Shown in pieces: positions 7,932 to 15,865 of a stretch of 24,000 nucleotides of DNA. Both the position numbers and the translations under genes were made by a program. Source of the DNA: Methyloraptor flagellatus. GTDB lineage: Bacteria; Pseudomonadota; Alphaproteobacteria; Rhizobiales; Ancalomicrobiaceae. How positions within the stretch are numbered: position 1 is the first letter of the stretch; every line of letters starts with the position of its first letter. The notes below the pieces were generated by a model, which saw only the letters and a list, made by a program, of their open reading frames with translations, had not been told where the DNA came from and searched no databases. Where the stretch lies: NCBI RefSeq assembly GCF_040269895.1, contig NZ_CP158568.1, one strand, 5' to 3'.

Positions 7932-9407
7932 ATGATTCCCAGACGCATGGCCGGAGCCGGAGCCGTGGCGGATACCCGCAGTGCCTTGAGTGAACTGATC
8001 GAAGACGAAGACCGCCGCACGACCGGGCTCGCGCTCGCGGGCTGGGGATTCGTGGCCGTGCTCGCGACCGTCGGCGCGGTCGGCGCTTGGCAGTTCGCGC
8101 CCGCCCGCTCGATCGCGGGTGGCGATCTCATCGCGCGCGCCGCGCCACTCGGCGATCCGGCGGAGACCACCGGTTCGATCGCCCGGGCGTCCGGCGATGC
8201 GTCGGGGCGTGCAGCGCGGCCCGCGCCGCAGGTTCTCCCGGCCGACGGCCAGGCGGCGTCGATCCAGGATTTCGAGGCACTGCGCGCCGACATTCGCGAG
8301 CTGCAGAAGAAGGTGCAGCAGGGCACGACCGCCGGCCTGCCCTCGGGCGCCTTCGAGCAGCTCTCGCGCCGGCTCGCGACGGTCGAGGACCGGCTCGACA
8401 AGCTCGAAGCGGGGACGTGGCGACGGCACGGGGCCGCAGGCGCGGCTCGGGACCGGCACGGCCGCGCCGCTCGCCGCCGCCGATCCCGCCACGCGCGCCG
8501 CCGCCGATCGTCTCGCCGCGGCGGACCGGATCCTGCAGGCCGAACGCGAGGTCGCCGCGCACGCGCGGCTGCCGCCGCCGAGGAACGGCCGGTTCAGGTC
8601 GCGCAGGCGGACCAGCCGCCCGCTCGGCCGCCCTTGTCGGTCTCGGTCGGTCAGGGCAACGCGCAGCCGCCGCAAGGCGCGCGCGGTGTCGACATGACGT
8701 CGACCGGCACGGTGGCGAAACCGCCGATGCCGGTGAAGCCGGTGCCGGTGCAAGTGCCGTTGCAGCCGGTCACCTCGGTCGACGACGACATGAAGTCGCT
8801 GATGGACAAGGCCAACGGCGGCATCGACAAGCCGATCAGCAACGAGCCGAAGCCGGTCACCTTCGCGATCCCGATGCCGAAGCCGGCCGATCTCGCCGGC
8901 CCGAAACCGACCGAAGCCTCCGTCGCAGCCGATGCCGCGGCCAAGGCCTCACCTGCGCCGGCGGCGCGCGCGGACACGCTTCAGACAGCCGTGGCTTCCG
9001 CCCAGGCACCCTCCGCCCAAGCACCTTCCGCTCAGGCCCCTTCCGCGCAGGCTGCACCCGTTCAGACGGCGACCGCCCAGGCGCCGGCCGGACAGGCCCT
9101 CGCACTCCAGGCCGCAGCACCGGCGGCCGGCGGCGGCGCCGAAGGACCGATCGCCGTCGATCTCGGATCGTACAAGTCGCTCGCCGGCCTGAAACGGACC
9201 TGGGTCGATCTGGAGAAGCGTCATGCCGAGGCCACGAACGGCATCGGTGCGCTGGCGCAGATCAAGGAGACCAAGGACGGCACGGAGATCCGCCTCGTCG
9301 CCGGCCCCTACGCCAACTCGGCCGATGCGGCCAAGGCCTGTGCGCGGTTCAAGACGGCCGGGTTCTCCTGCTCGGCCGGCACCTTCATCGGCCAGCCGAT
9401 CCGCTGA
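7932..9407 (+). CDS. SPOR domain-containing protein (N-terminal TM anchor, coiled-coil, Pro/Ala-rich linker, C-terminal SPOR)
   Basis: ORF 7932..9407. TM segment GLALAGWGFVAVLATVGAVGAWQF. C-terminal SPOR-like IAVDLGSYKSLAGLKRTW...RLVAGPYANSADAAKACARFKTAGFSC. The central part (about 8405-8582) looks out of frame; see findings. Confidence 0.8.
   Translation: MIPRRMAGAGAVADTRSALSELIEDEDRRTTGLALAGWGFVAVLATVGAVGAWQFAPARSIAGGDLIARAAPLGDPAETTGSIARASGDASGRAARPAPQVLPADGQAASIQDFEALRADIRELQKKVQQGTTAGLPSGAFEQLSRRLATVEDRLDKLEAGTWRRHGAAGAARDRHGRAARRRRSRHARRRRSSRRGGPDPAGRTRGRRARAAAAAEERPVQVAQADQPPARPPLSVSVGQGNAQPPQGARGVDMTSTGTVAKPPMPVKPVPVQVPLQPVTSVDDDMKSLMDKANGGIDKPISNEPKPVTFAIPMPKPADLAGPKPTEASVAADAAAKASPAPAARADTLQTAVASAQAPSAQAPSAQAPSAQAAPVQTATAQAPAGQALALQAAAPAAGGGAEGPIAVDLGSYKSLAGLKRTWVDLEKRHAEATNGIGALAQIKETKDGTEIRLVAGPYANSADAAKACARFKTAGFSCSAGTFIGQPIR
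9003..9047 (+). repeat. three tandem 15-bp units encoding (QAPSA)x3 inside the SPOR gene
   Basis: cag gca ccc tcc gcc / caa gca cct tcc gct / cag gcc cct tcc gcg. The peptides are identical; the units differ only at third codon positions. Confidence 0.9.
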
Positions 9408-9536
9408 GGACACGCGTCCCGGCCCCTTCATCGATGGAGCGTGCGGAGGGCGGCGTACGGCGACGCGCGCATGGTTGCCGTCGCCGCGCCTTGCGCGGGC
9501 CGCCAGGCGCGTCCCTGCGTTCGCGGTGCGGGCCGA

Positions 9537-10277
9537 TCAGCCGAGGTTCGAAAAGGCCGGGAAGGTTTCCAAGAGCCAGAAGGCGATGCGCTCGATCTGG
9601 CCGGTCAGGAACATGACGCCGGTCACGACCAGGAGCACGCCCATGCCCTTCTCGACCTTGCCGAGATGGCGGCGGAAACGGACCATCACGCTCATGAACG
9701 GCTGCGAGAACAGTGCCGCGATCAGGAACGGCACGCCGAGGCCGAGCGAATAGACCGCCAGCATGAGCGCGCCCTGCCCGACCGTGTCGCGGCTGCCGGC
9801 CACGGCGAGAATCGCGGCCAGCACCGGGCCGATGCACGGCGTCCAGCCGAAGCCGAAGGCGAGCCCGATCACATAGGCGCCGAGCGGGCCGGCGCTCTGC
9901 CGCGCCCCGGCCTGAAAACGCGCCTCGCGATAGAGCAGCGCGATCCGGAACACGCCGAGAAAATGCAGCCCCATCACGATGATCGCCGCGCCGGCGATCC
10001 AGCCGAGCACATCGAGATACTGGCGCACGACCTGCCCGAGCACCGAGGCGGTCGCGCCGAGCAGCACGAACACGGTGGAGAAGCCGAGCACGAAGCACAG
10101 CGCCGACAGGATCACGCGGATGCGTGCCGCATGCAGGCCGCGCGTCTCGGAGAGTTCGTCCAGGCTGACGCCGGCCATGAAGGCGAGATAGGGCGGCACC
10201 AGCGGCAGCACGCAAGGCGACACGAAGGAGATCACGCCCGCGCTGAAGGCGCCGAGGAGGGTCACGCTGTCGTTCAT
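9537..10277 (-). CDS. ccdA: cytochrome c biogenesis protein CcdA (DsbD-family thiol:disulfide transmembrane electron carrier)
   Basis: ORF 9537..10277. Six TM helices. Conserved SPCVLPLVP and WTPCIGP Cys motifs. Confidence 0.9.
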   Translation of the reverse strand: MNDSVTLLGAFSAGVISFVSPCVLPLVPPYLAFMAGVSLDELSETRGLHAARIRVILSALCFVLGFSTVFVLLGATASVLGQVVRQYLDVLGWIAGAAIIVMGLHFLGVFRIALLYREARFQAGARQSAGPLGAYVIGLAFGFGWTPCIGPVLAAILAVAGSRDTVGQGALMLAVYSLGLGVPFLIAALFSQPFMSVMVRFRRHLGKVEKGMGVLLVVTGVMFLTGQIERIAFWLLETFPAFSNLG

Positions 10278-10547
10278 CGTCGGATCTCGTGTCCCTTCGG
10301 GTGCTTCTCACCGGTCGCATCGCCCGGCGCGTCCGGGCGAACGGCATCGCGCCTCGCGATCTCCGTGGGGCTCCTATAGGGCATGGCCGCGGATAGCGAA
10401 AAGTCACCTTCGCGCGAACGGTGGCACTACGGACCTTTCCGGGGCCGGGTCATGGACCGATATCGGGTGGGAGACGCCGGGCACGCGGCCGCGCTATGAG
10501 GTGCCCGCGTTTGCGGAATGCCGTTCCACGGTCATCGCCGCGTCGGA

Positions 10548-10572
10548 GATGTTCGCACCGGACATGTTCGCA
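10548..10572 (+). repeat. 10-bp direct repeat ATGTTCGCAC x2, 15-bp period
   Basis: Copies at 10548-10557 and 10563-10572, about 112-136 nt upstream of the ATG at 10684. Confidence 0.8.
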
Positions 10573-10683
10573 CAGGAGACGGCCGCCGCGCCCCTGACTG
10601 ATGGCGGGTCTGCAAGACGTGGCCAGAGCGGTGCCGATCCCGGCCTCGACCCCGTCCGGCCGAGGAAACTACGAGGAGACGTC

Positions 10684-11067
10684 ATGGGTTCGAACCGTTG
10701 GTCGCATCGCTCCGGTCGATCGAGGTCGCTGGCGCTCGCGGTCTGCCTTGCGGCCGCAACGCTGCTCGCGGCCGTCGCCGCGACGCCTGCCGCCGCCGAC
10801 CCTCCGGTGGCCGGCCGCTGGATCTATTCGATGGAGCGCGGCGGCTGGCGGTTCGAGCCGGCCGAGGGCACGCCGGAGGGCGATGCCTACGGCTCGCGCG
10901 TCTACAGCCCGAATCGGGGCGTCGAGTGGCAGGGCGGCCCCGGCCCCGGTCAGCAGTTGGAGCGGTTCGGCACCGCGCCGGCCGTACCGAACCGCGTGGT
11001 GCCGACCATCCCGCCGGCGGTGGTTCCAGCCCCGCCGGCGATCAAGATCTGCCCGGGCGGTTGCTGA
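10684..11067 (+). CDS. hypothetical secreted Pro-rich protein (127 aa) ending in ...ICPGGC
   Basis: Part of ORF 10501..11067. Start placed at ATG 10684 (GAGGAG RBS), giving a basic n-region, a hydrophobic core LALAVCLAAATLLAAVAATPAAA and a likely cleavage site near AAA|DP. Confidence 0.6.
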   Translation: MGSNRWSHRSGRSRSLALAVCLAAATLLAAVAATPAAADPPVAGRWIYSMERGGWRFEPAEGTPEGDAYGSRVYSPNRGVEWQGGPGPGQQLERFGTAPAVPNRVVPTIPPAVVPAPPAIKICPGGC

Positions 11068-11101
11068 AGGGCGTCCCGAATGCCGGGGTCGCGGGTACGG
11101 C

Positions 11102-14100
11102 TCAGAACCGCCGCTTGCCGATCGACTGAAGCGACGGATAGCGCCCGCGCCGGGTCTGCGGCGGTGGCGGCGGCGGCGGGGTCGGTTCGAGCTTGAGGTT
11201 GCCCTTGGTGCCGGCGTTCGGCGGCGGCACGACCGGGGCGCCCGAATCCGTGGTCTCGGCGATCTTCACGAGCTGGGCGAGGATCACCGCCGCGCCCTTG
11301 AGCCGCGCCTCCGGTTGCGGCCAGTCGCGGGTCAGCACGATCTTCTGGTCCGGCCGGATCTTCGCCAGGCTGCCCTGCTCGCCGATGTAGCGGACGAGCC
11401 CGGCCGCGTTGGCGAAGTAGTTGTTGCGGAAGGCGATGACGATGCCCTTCGGGCCGGCGTCGATCTTCTCGACATTGGCCCGCCGGCACAGCGCCTTCAC
11501 GTAGACGATCTTCAGGAGGTGCTCGACCTCCTCCGGCAGCGGGCCGAAGCGGTCGATCAGCTCGGCGCCGAAGCCGTCGATCTCCTCGGGCGTATTGAGA
11601 TCGGCGAGGCGCTTGTAGAGGCCGAGCCGCAATTGCAGATCGGCGACATAGGTCTCCGGGATCATCACCGGCGTCCCGACCGTGATCGACGGCGACCACT
11701 GGTCCTCCGGCATCTCGGTATCGCCCGATTTCAGCGAGGCGACCGCCTCCTCGAGCATCTGCTGATAGAGCTCGTAGCCGACCTCGCGGATGTGGCCGGA
11801 CTGTTCCTCGCCGAGCAGATTGCCGGCGCCGCGGATGTCGAGGTCGTGGCTTGCGAGCTGGAAGCCGGCACCGAGGCTGTCGAGCGACTGCAAGACCTTG
11901 AGCCGGCGCTCGGCACCGGTGGTCATCTTGCGCTCGGCCGGCGTGGTCAACAGCGCATAGGCGCGGAGCTTCGATCGGCCGACGCGGCCGCGCAGCTGAT
12001 AGAGCTGCGCCAGACCGAACATGTCGGCGCGATGCACGATCAGCGTGTTCGCGGTCGGAATGTCGAGGCCGGACTCGACGATCGTGGTCGACAGGAGCAC
12101 GTCGTACTTGCCCTCGTAGAAGGCGTTCATGACGTCCTCGAGTTCGGTCGAGGCCATCTGGCCGTGCGCGACCGCGACCTTAACCTCCGGCACGGTCGCC
12201 GTCAGGAACTCGCGCATCTCCGCGAGGTCCGACACGCGTGGCACGACGAAGAACGACTGTCCGCCGCGATAGTGCTCGCGCAGCAGCGCCTCGCGGATCG
12301 TCAGCGGGTCGAATGGCGCGATGAAGGTGCGGACAGCCAGACGGTCGACCGGCGGCGTCGCGATGATCGACAGTTCGCGCAGGCCCGTCAGCGCCGACTG
12401 CAGCGTGCGCGGGATCGGCGTCGCGGTCAGGGTCAGCACGTGGACGTCGGCGCGCAGTTCCTTCAGCCGCTCCTTGTGCTTCACGCCGAAGTGCTGCTCC
12501 TCGTCGATGATCAGGAGCCCGAGGTCGCGGAAGTCGACGCCCTTGCCGAGCAGCGCATGGGTGCCGACGACGATGTCGACCTGCCCGTCCTTGAGGCCCT
12601 GCTTGGTCTTCGCGAGATCCTGCGCCGAGACGAGCCGCGAGGCCTGTTCGATGCGGAACGGCATGCCGCGGAACCGCTCCTGGAAGGTGCGGAAATGCTG
12701 GCGGGCGAGCAGCGTGGTCGGCACGACGACCGCGACCTGCTTGCCGGAGGCCGCGACCGCGAAGGCGGCGCGCAGCGCCACTTCGGTCTTGCCGAAACCG
12801 ACGTCGCCGCAGACCAGCCGGTCCATCGGCCGGCCGGAGTTGAGGTCCTCGAACACCGACTGGATCGCGTTCAGCTGATCCTCGGTCTCGTCGTAGGGGA
12901 AGCGCGCGGCGAACTCGTCGTAGAGCCCTTCCGGCGGGCTGATCGCGGTCGCGGTCTTCAGGAGACGCGCGGCGGCGGTCTTGATCAGCGCGTCCGCGAT
13001 CTCGCGGATGCGCTTCTTCATCTTGGCCTTGCGCGCCTGCCAGGCGACGCCGCCGAGCTTGTCGAGCTGGGCGTCGGTCTCGTCCGAACCGTAGCGCGAC
13101 AGGAGCTCGATGTTCTCGACCGGCAGATAGAGCTTGTCGCCGCCGGCGTATTGCAGTTCCAAGCAATCGTGCGGCGCGCCGGCTGCGGTGATGGTCTTCA
13201 GGCCGGTGAAGCGGCCGATGCCGTGGTCGACATGGACCACGAGGTCGCCTTCCGAGAGGCCGGCGACCTCGGTCAGGAAGTCCGAACCCTTCGAGCGCTT
13301 GCGCTTCTGGCGGATCAGGCGGTCGCCGAGGATGTCCTGCTCGGCGATGACGGCGAGATCGTCGACCTCGAAGCCGGTCTCCAGCCCGACGACGCCGAGG
13401 CCGACCACGCCGTGACCGAGCGCGAGGCTTTCGGGATAGGTCTTCACGACCGCGGTGTTCTTCAGGCCGTGGTCGGCGAGCACCTGGGTCAGGCGATCGA
13501 GCGCGCCGTCCGACCAGCCGGCGATCAGCACGCGCTTCTTGGCCTCGCGCAGGCTCGCGACATGGGCGAGCACCGCATCGAAGACATTGACGTCGCCCGC
13601 CGCCCGCTCGGCCGCGAAGCTGCGGCCGCCGCGGCCGCCGAGGTCGACAATCGTGCCGGGCCCGCGCCGTCCGGCCGCGCGAAGGGCGTGACCTCGGCGG
13701 TCTTGAGGTCGGCGAGCCGGCTCGTCCACTCGTCCTTGGTGAGATAGAGCCGCGCCGGCTCGATCGGCTTGTAAGGGACGGCGCCCGCCGAGGGCTGCGC
13801 CAGCGCCTCGCGGCGATTGTCGTAGTGATCGGCGATCATGGCGAGGCGTTCGTCGAGCGCCTCGGTCGCGAGCGGATCGGTCATGACGACCGCGCCGTCG
13901 CAATAGTCGAACACCGTGTCGAGCCGGTCGTGGAACAGCGGCAGCCAGTGTTCCATGCCGGCATAGCGCCGGCCGTCGGAGATCGCGGCATAGAGTGCGT
14001 CGTCGCGCGTCGTCGCGCCGAAGGCGGCGACATAGTTGCGCCGGAAGCGCGAGATGTTCTCGGGCGTGAGCGTCACTTCGCTCATCGGCACCCATTCGAG

Positions 14101-14745
14101 CTTCTTCAGCGTGCCGGTCGAGCGCTGGCTCTCCGGATCAAAACGGCGGATCGATTCCAGCGTGTCGCCGAAGAAGTCGAGCCGGACCGGCGCCTCGGTG
14201 CCCGGCGCATAGAGATCGAGAATGCCGCCGCGCACGGCGTATTCGCCGGTGTCGCGGACGGTGGCGGTGCGCTCGAAACCGTTGTTCTCCAGCCAGCGGG
14301 TCAGCTCGGCCATGTCGATGCGGTTGCCGGGGGCCGCCGCAAAAGTCTCGCCCGCGATCAGCGACTTCGCCGGCACGCGCTGGAGGCTGGCGTTGATCGT
14401 GGTCAGCACGACGAGCGGCTTCGTCCGCTCGCGCGGCCGCGCCAGGTGCGACAGCGCGGTCATGCGCCGGGCGACGATCACCGGGTTCGGCGAGACGCGG
14501 TCATAGGGCTGGCAGTCCCAGGACGGCAGGGACAGGACCGCGATGTCCGGCGCGAAGAAGCCGAGCGCCTGTTCGAGCATCGCCATGCGCGTGCCGTCGC
14601 GGGCGACGAACAGCACCGCCGGCTTGCCGTCGCGCGCCCCGAGCGCGCGGGCGAGATCGCCGAGCACGAGCGCCTCGAGCCCGTCCGGCACGCTCGACAG
14701 CGTGACGTAGGCGGCGCGGTCGAACAGTCCCTTGAAACTCTTCAC
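11102..14745 (-). CDS. mfd: transcription-repair coupling factor, interrupted as sequenced by a 1-nt frameshift near 13650-13670
   Basis: The N-terminal part (GTG 14745, MKSFKGLFDRAAYVTL...EVTPFARPDGAG) is ORF 13525..14745. The remainder (...GTIVDLGGRGGRSFAAER..., helicase motifs GDVGFGKTEVA, DEEQHFG, TATPIPRT, QLRGRVGR) is ORF 11102..14095. The span is 3644 nt (2 mod 3). Confidence 0.95.
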
Positions 14746-15041
14746 GGACGCGTCTGCCCCAGGCCGTCGAGGTGGAAGGTGCGGATCCGCTCGACGAGCG
14801 GGGTCGCGTGCGCGGTCGGCATGGTCGCGGGATTGGTCATCCAGCCGAACAGGTCGACGTCGGGCAGGTCGAGCAGGCGCTCGAACGCGTCGAGGTCCGC
14901 GTCCGAGAGATCGCCGATATGAGCGTCGGCATAGGGCCCGAGCACGAGGTCCATCTCCTTGGTACCGCGGTGCCAGGCGCGATAGAGCGCCTTCTTGCGA
15001 CGGGGCTCGAGGCCAGCGGTCGAACGGGTGGTGCCGGTCAT
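14742..15041 (-). CDS. sdhE: FAD assembly factor SdhE (succinate dehydrogenase assembly factor 2, DUF339)
   Basis: ORF 14742..15041. Family-typical LYRAWHRGTKEMDLVLGPYAD...LLDLPDVDLFGW. Its TGA overlaps the mfd GTG (GTGA). Confidence 0.85.
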   Translation of the reverse strand: MTGTTRSTAGLEPRRKKALYRAWHRGTKEMDLVLGPYADAHIGDLSDADLDAFERLLDLPDVDLFGWMTNPATMPTAHATPLVERIRTFHLDGLGQTRP

Positions 15042-15188
15042 GGGACGGTCTCCGGAGACGTCGCGCGTAATAGCCGATCTCCGCCGTGGCTCGGGCGAGC
15101 GACGTCGGTTCGCCGACTATCTAGCGCGGTATCGTGCGCATGTCAGGGGGAGTTTTGGTTATGGGCGCCCGCAAGTTCGAGGCGAACG

Positions 15189-15485
15189 TCAGAGGTCACG
15201 CTCCAGGATCGCTTCCCAATCCTGGGCCGCATGCAGAACGTGGACGATCTCGATGGCTTCCCTGATCCGATAGAAGATCAAGTAGTTGCCGTACGTCCGT
15301 CGTCGGAGACCGAGCGCGGCGAAGCGCGGGACGACCTCGTAGCCGCGTGGCGTATCGGCGATCCTCAGGCACTTCTCGACGAGTTCGCGCACGAATGTCT
15401 CTGCGCGATGCGGGTTATCGGCGGCGATCCAGTCCGAAATGCGCTCGAGCTCCCGCTCGGCCGCCTCGGTAATGACGACGATCAT
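15189..15485 (-). CDS. parE: type II toxin-antitoxin system RelE/ParE family toxin
   Basis: ORF 15189..15485, 98 aa. ParE-like ...RRRTYGNYLIFYRIREAIEIVHVLHAAQD. Its ATG overlaps the stop of the upstream antitoxin (ATGA). Confidence 0.9.
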   Translation of the reverse strand: MIVVITEAAERELERISDWIAADNPHRAETFVRELVEKCLRIADTPRGYEVVPRFAALGLRRRTYGNYLIFYRIREAIEIVHVLHAAQDWEAILERDL

Positions 15486-15739
15486 CGTATGCCGCGCGTC
15501 ATCGCCGAGTACTTCGCTGCGAGCCGCGCCAAAACCTCTTCGGCCGGCTTTACACGACCGGCGTCGGCATCTGCGATTCCGCGGGCGATCGCCTCGTCCA
15601 AGGCCGCGAGCTTGTGCTCTTGGGCCTGCAGCAGGCGCAACGCTTCGGTGACCACTTCGGCTTCCGACCCGTACCGGCCGGAACGCACCAGTTCTGCGAC
15701 GAAGCCTTCGAGCTTGCCCAGATCGACGTTGATCGTCAT
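15482..15739 (-). CDS. parD: type II toxin-antitoxin system ParD family antitoxin (ribbon-helix-helix)
   Basis: Internal start ATG 15739 within ORF 15482..16099, preceded by GGAGGA. 85 aa: MTINVDLGKLEGFVAELVRSGRYGSEAEVVTEALRLL... Confidence 0.85.
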   Translation of the reverse strand: MTINVDLGKLEGFVAELVRSGRYGSEAEVVTEALRLLQAQEHKLAALDEAIARGIADADAGRVKPAEEVLARLAAKYSAMTRGIR

Positions 15740-15865
15740 GGCACCAATCCTCCGCCGTGCAGTGTGCCTGTCGCCTCGGGGGTTATCAAGGCTGCCGTTT
15801 CCGTAGCTCCGATGGCCTGACCCGGCTAAGTTGGTCGCCCGATCGAATCCAGTGCCCCATACCCC

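Noticed and set aside
9003-9062. 15-bp tandem repeats as a CRISPR or minisatellite element
   Set aside because: There are no spacers. The units are in frame within a CDS and encode a peptide repeat.
10684-10700. tRNA-like GGTTCGAACC (T-loop-like) sequence
   Set aside because: The flanking bases do not form a T-stem or acceptor stem. The sequence simply encodes MGSNRW at the start of a CDS.
10601-13747. 1048-aa plus-strand ORF opposite mfd
   Set aside because: Same high-GC antisense artefact. No recognisable motifs, and the mfd frame carries all the helicase signatures.
15048-15059. 12-bp palindrome GTCTCCGGAGAC just upstream of sdhE
   Set aside because: It is short and contains the likely GGAG ribosome-binding site. 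It is not distinguishable from chance.
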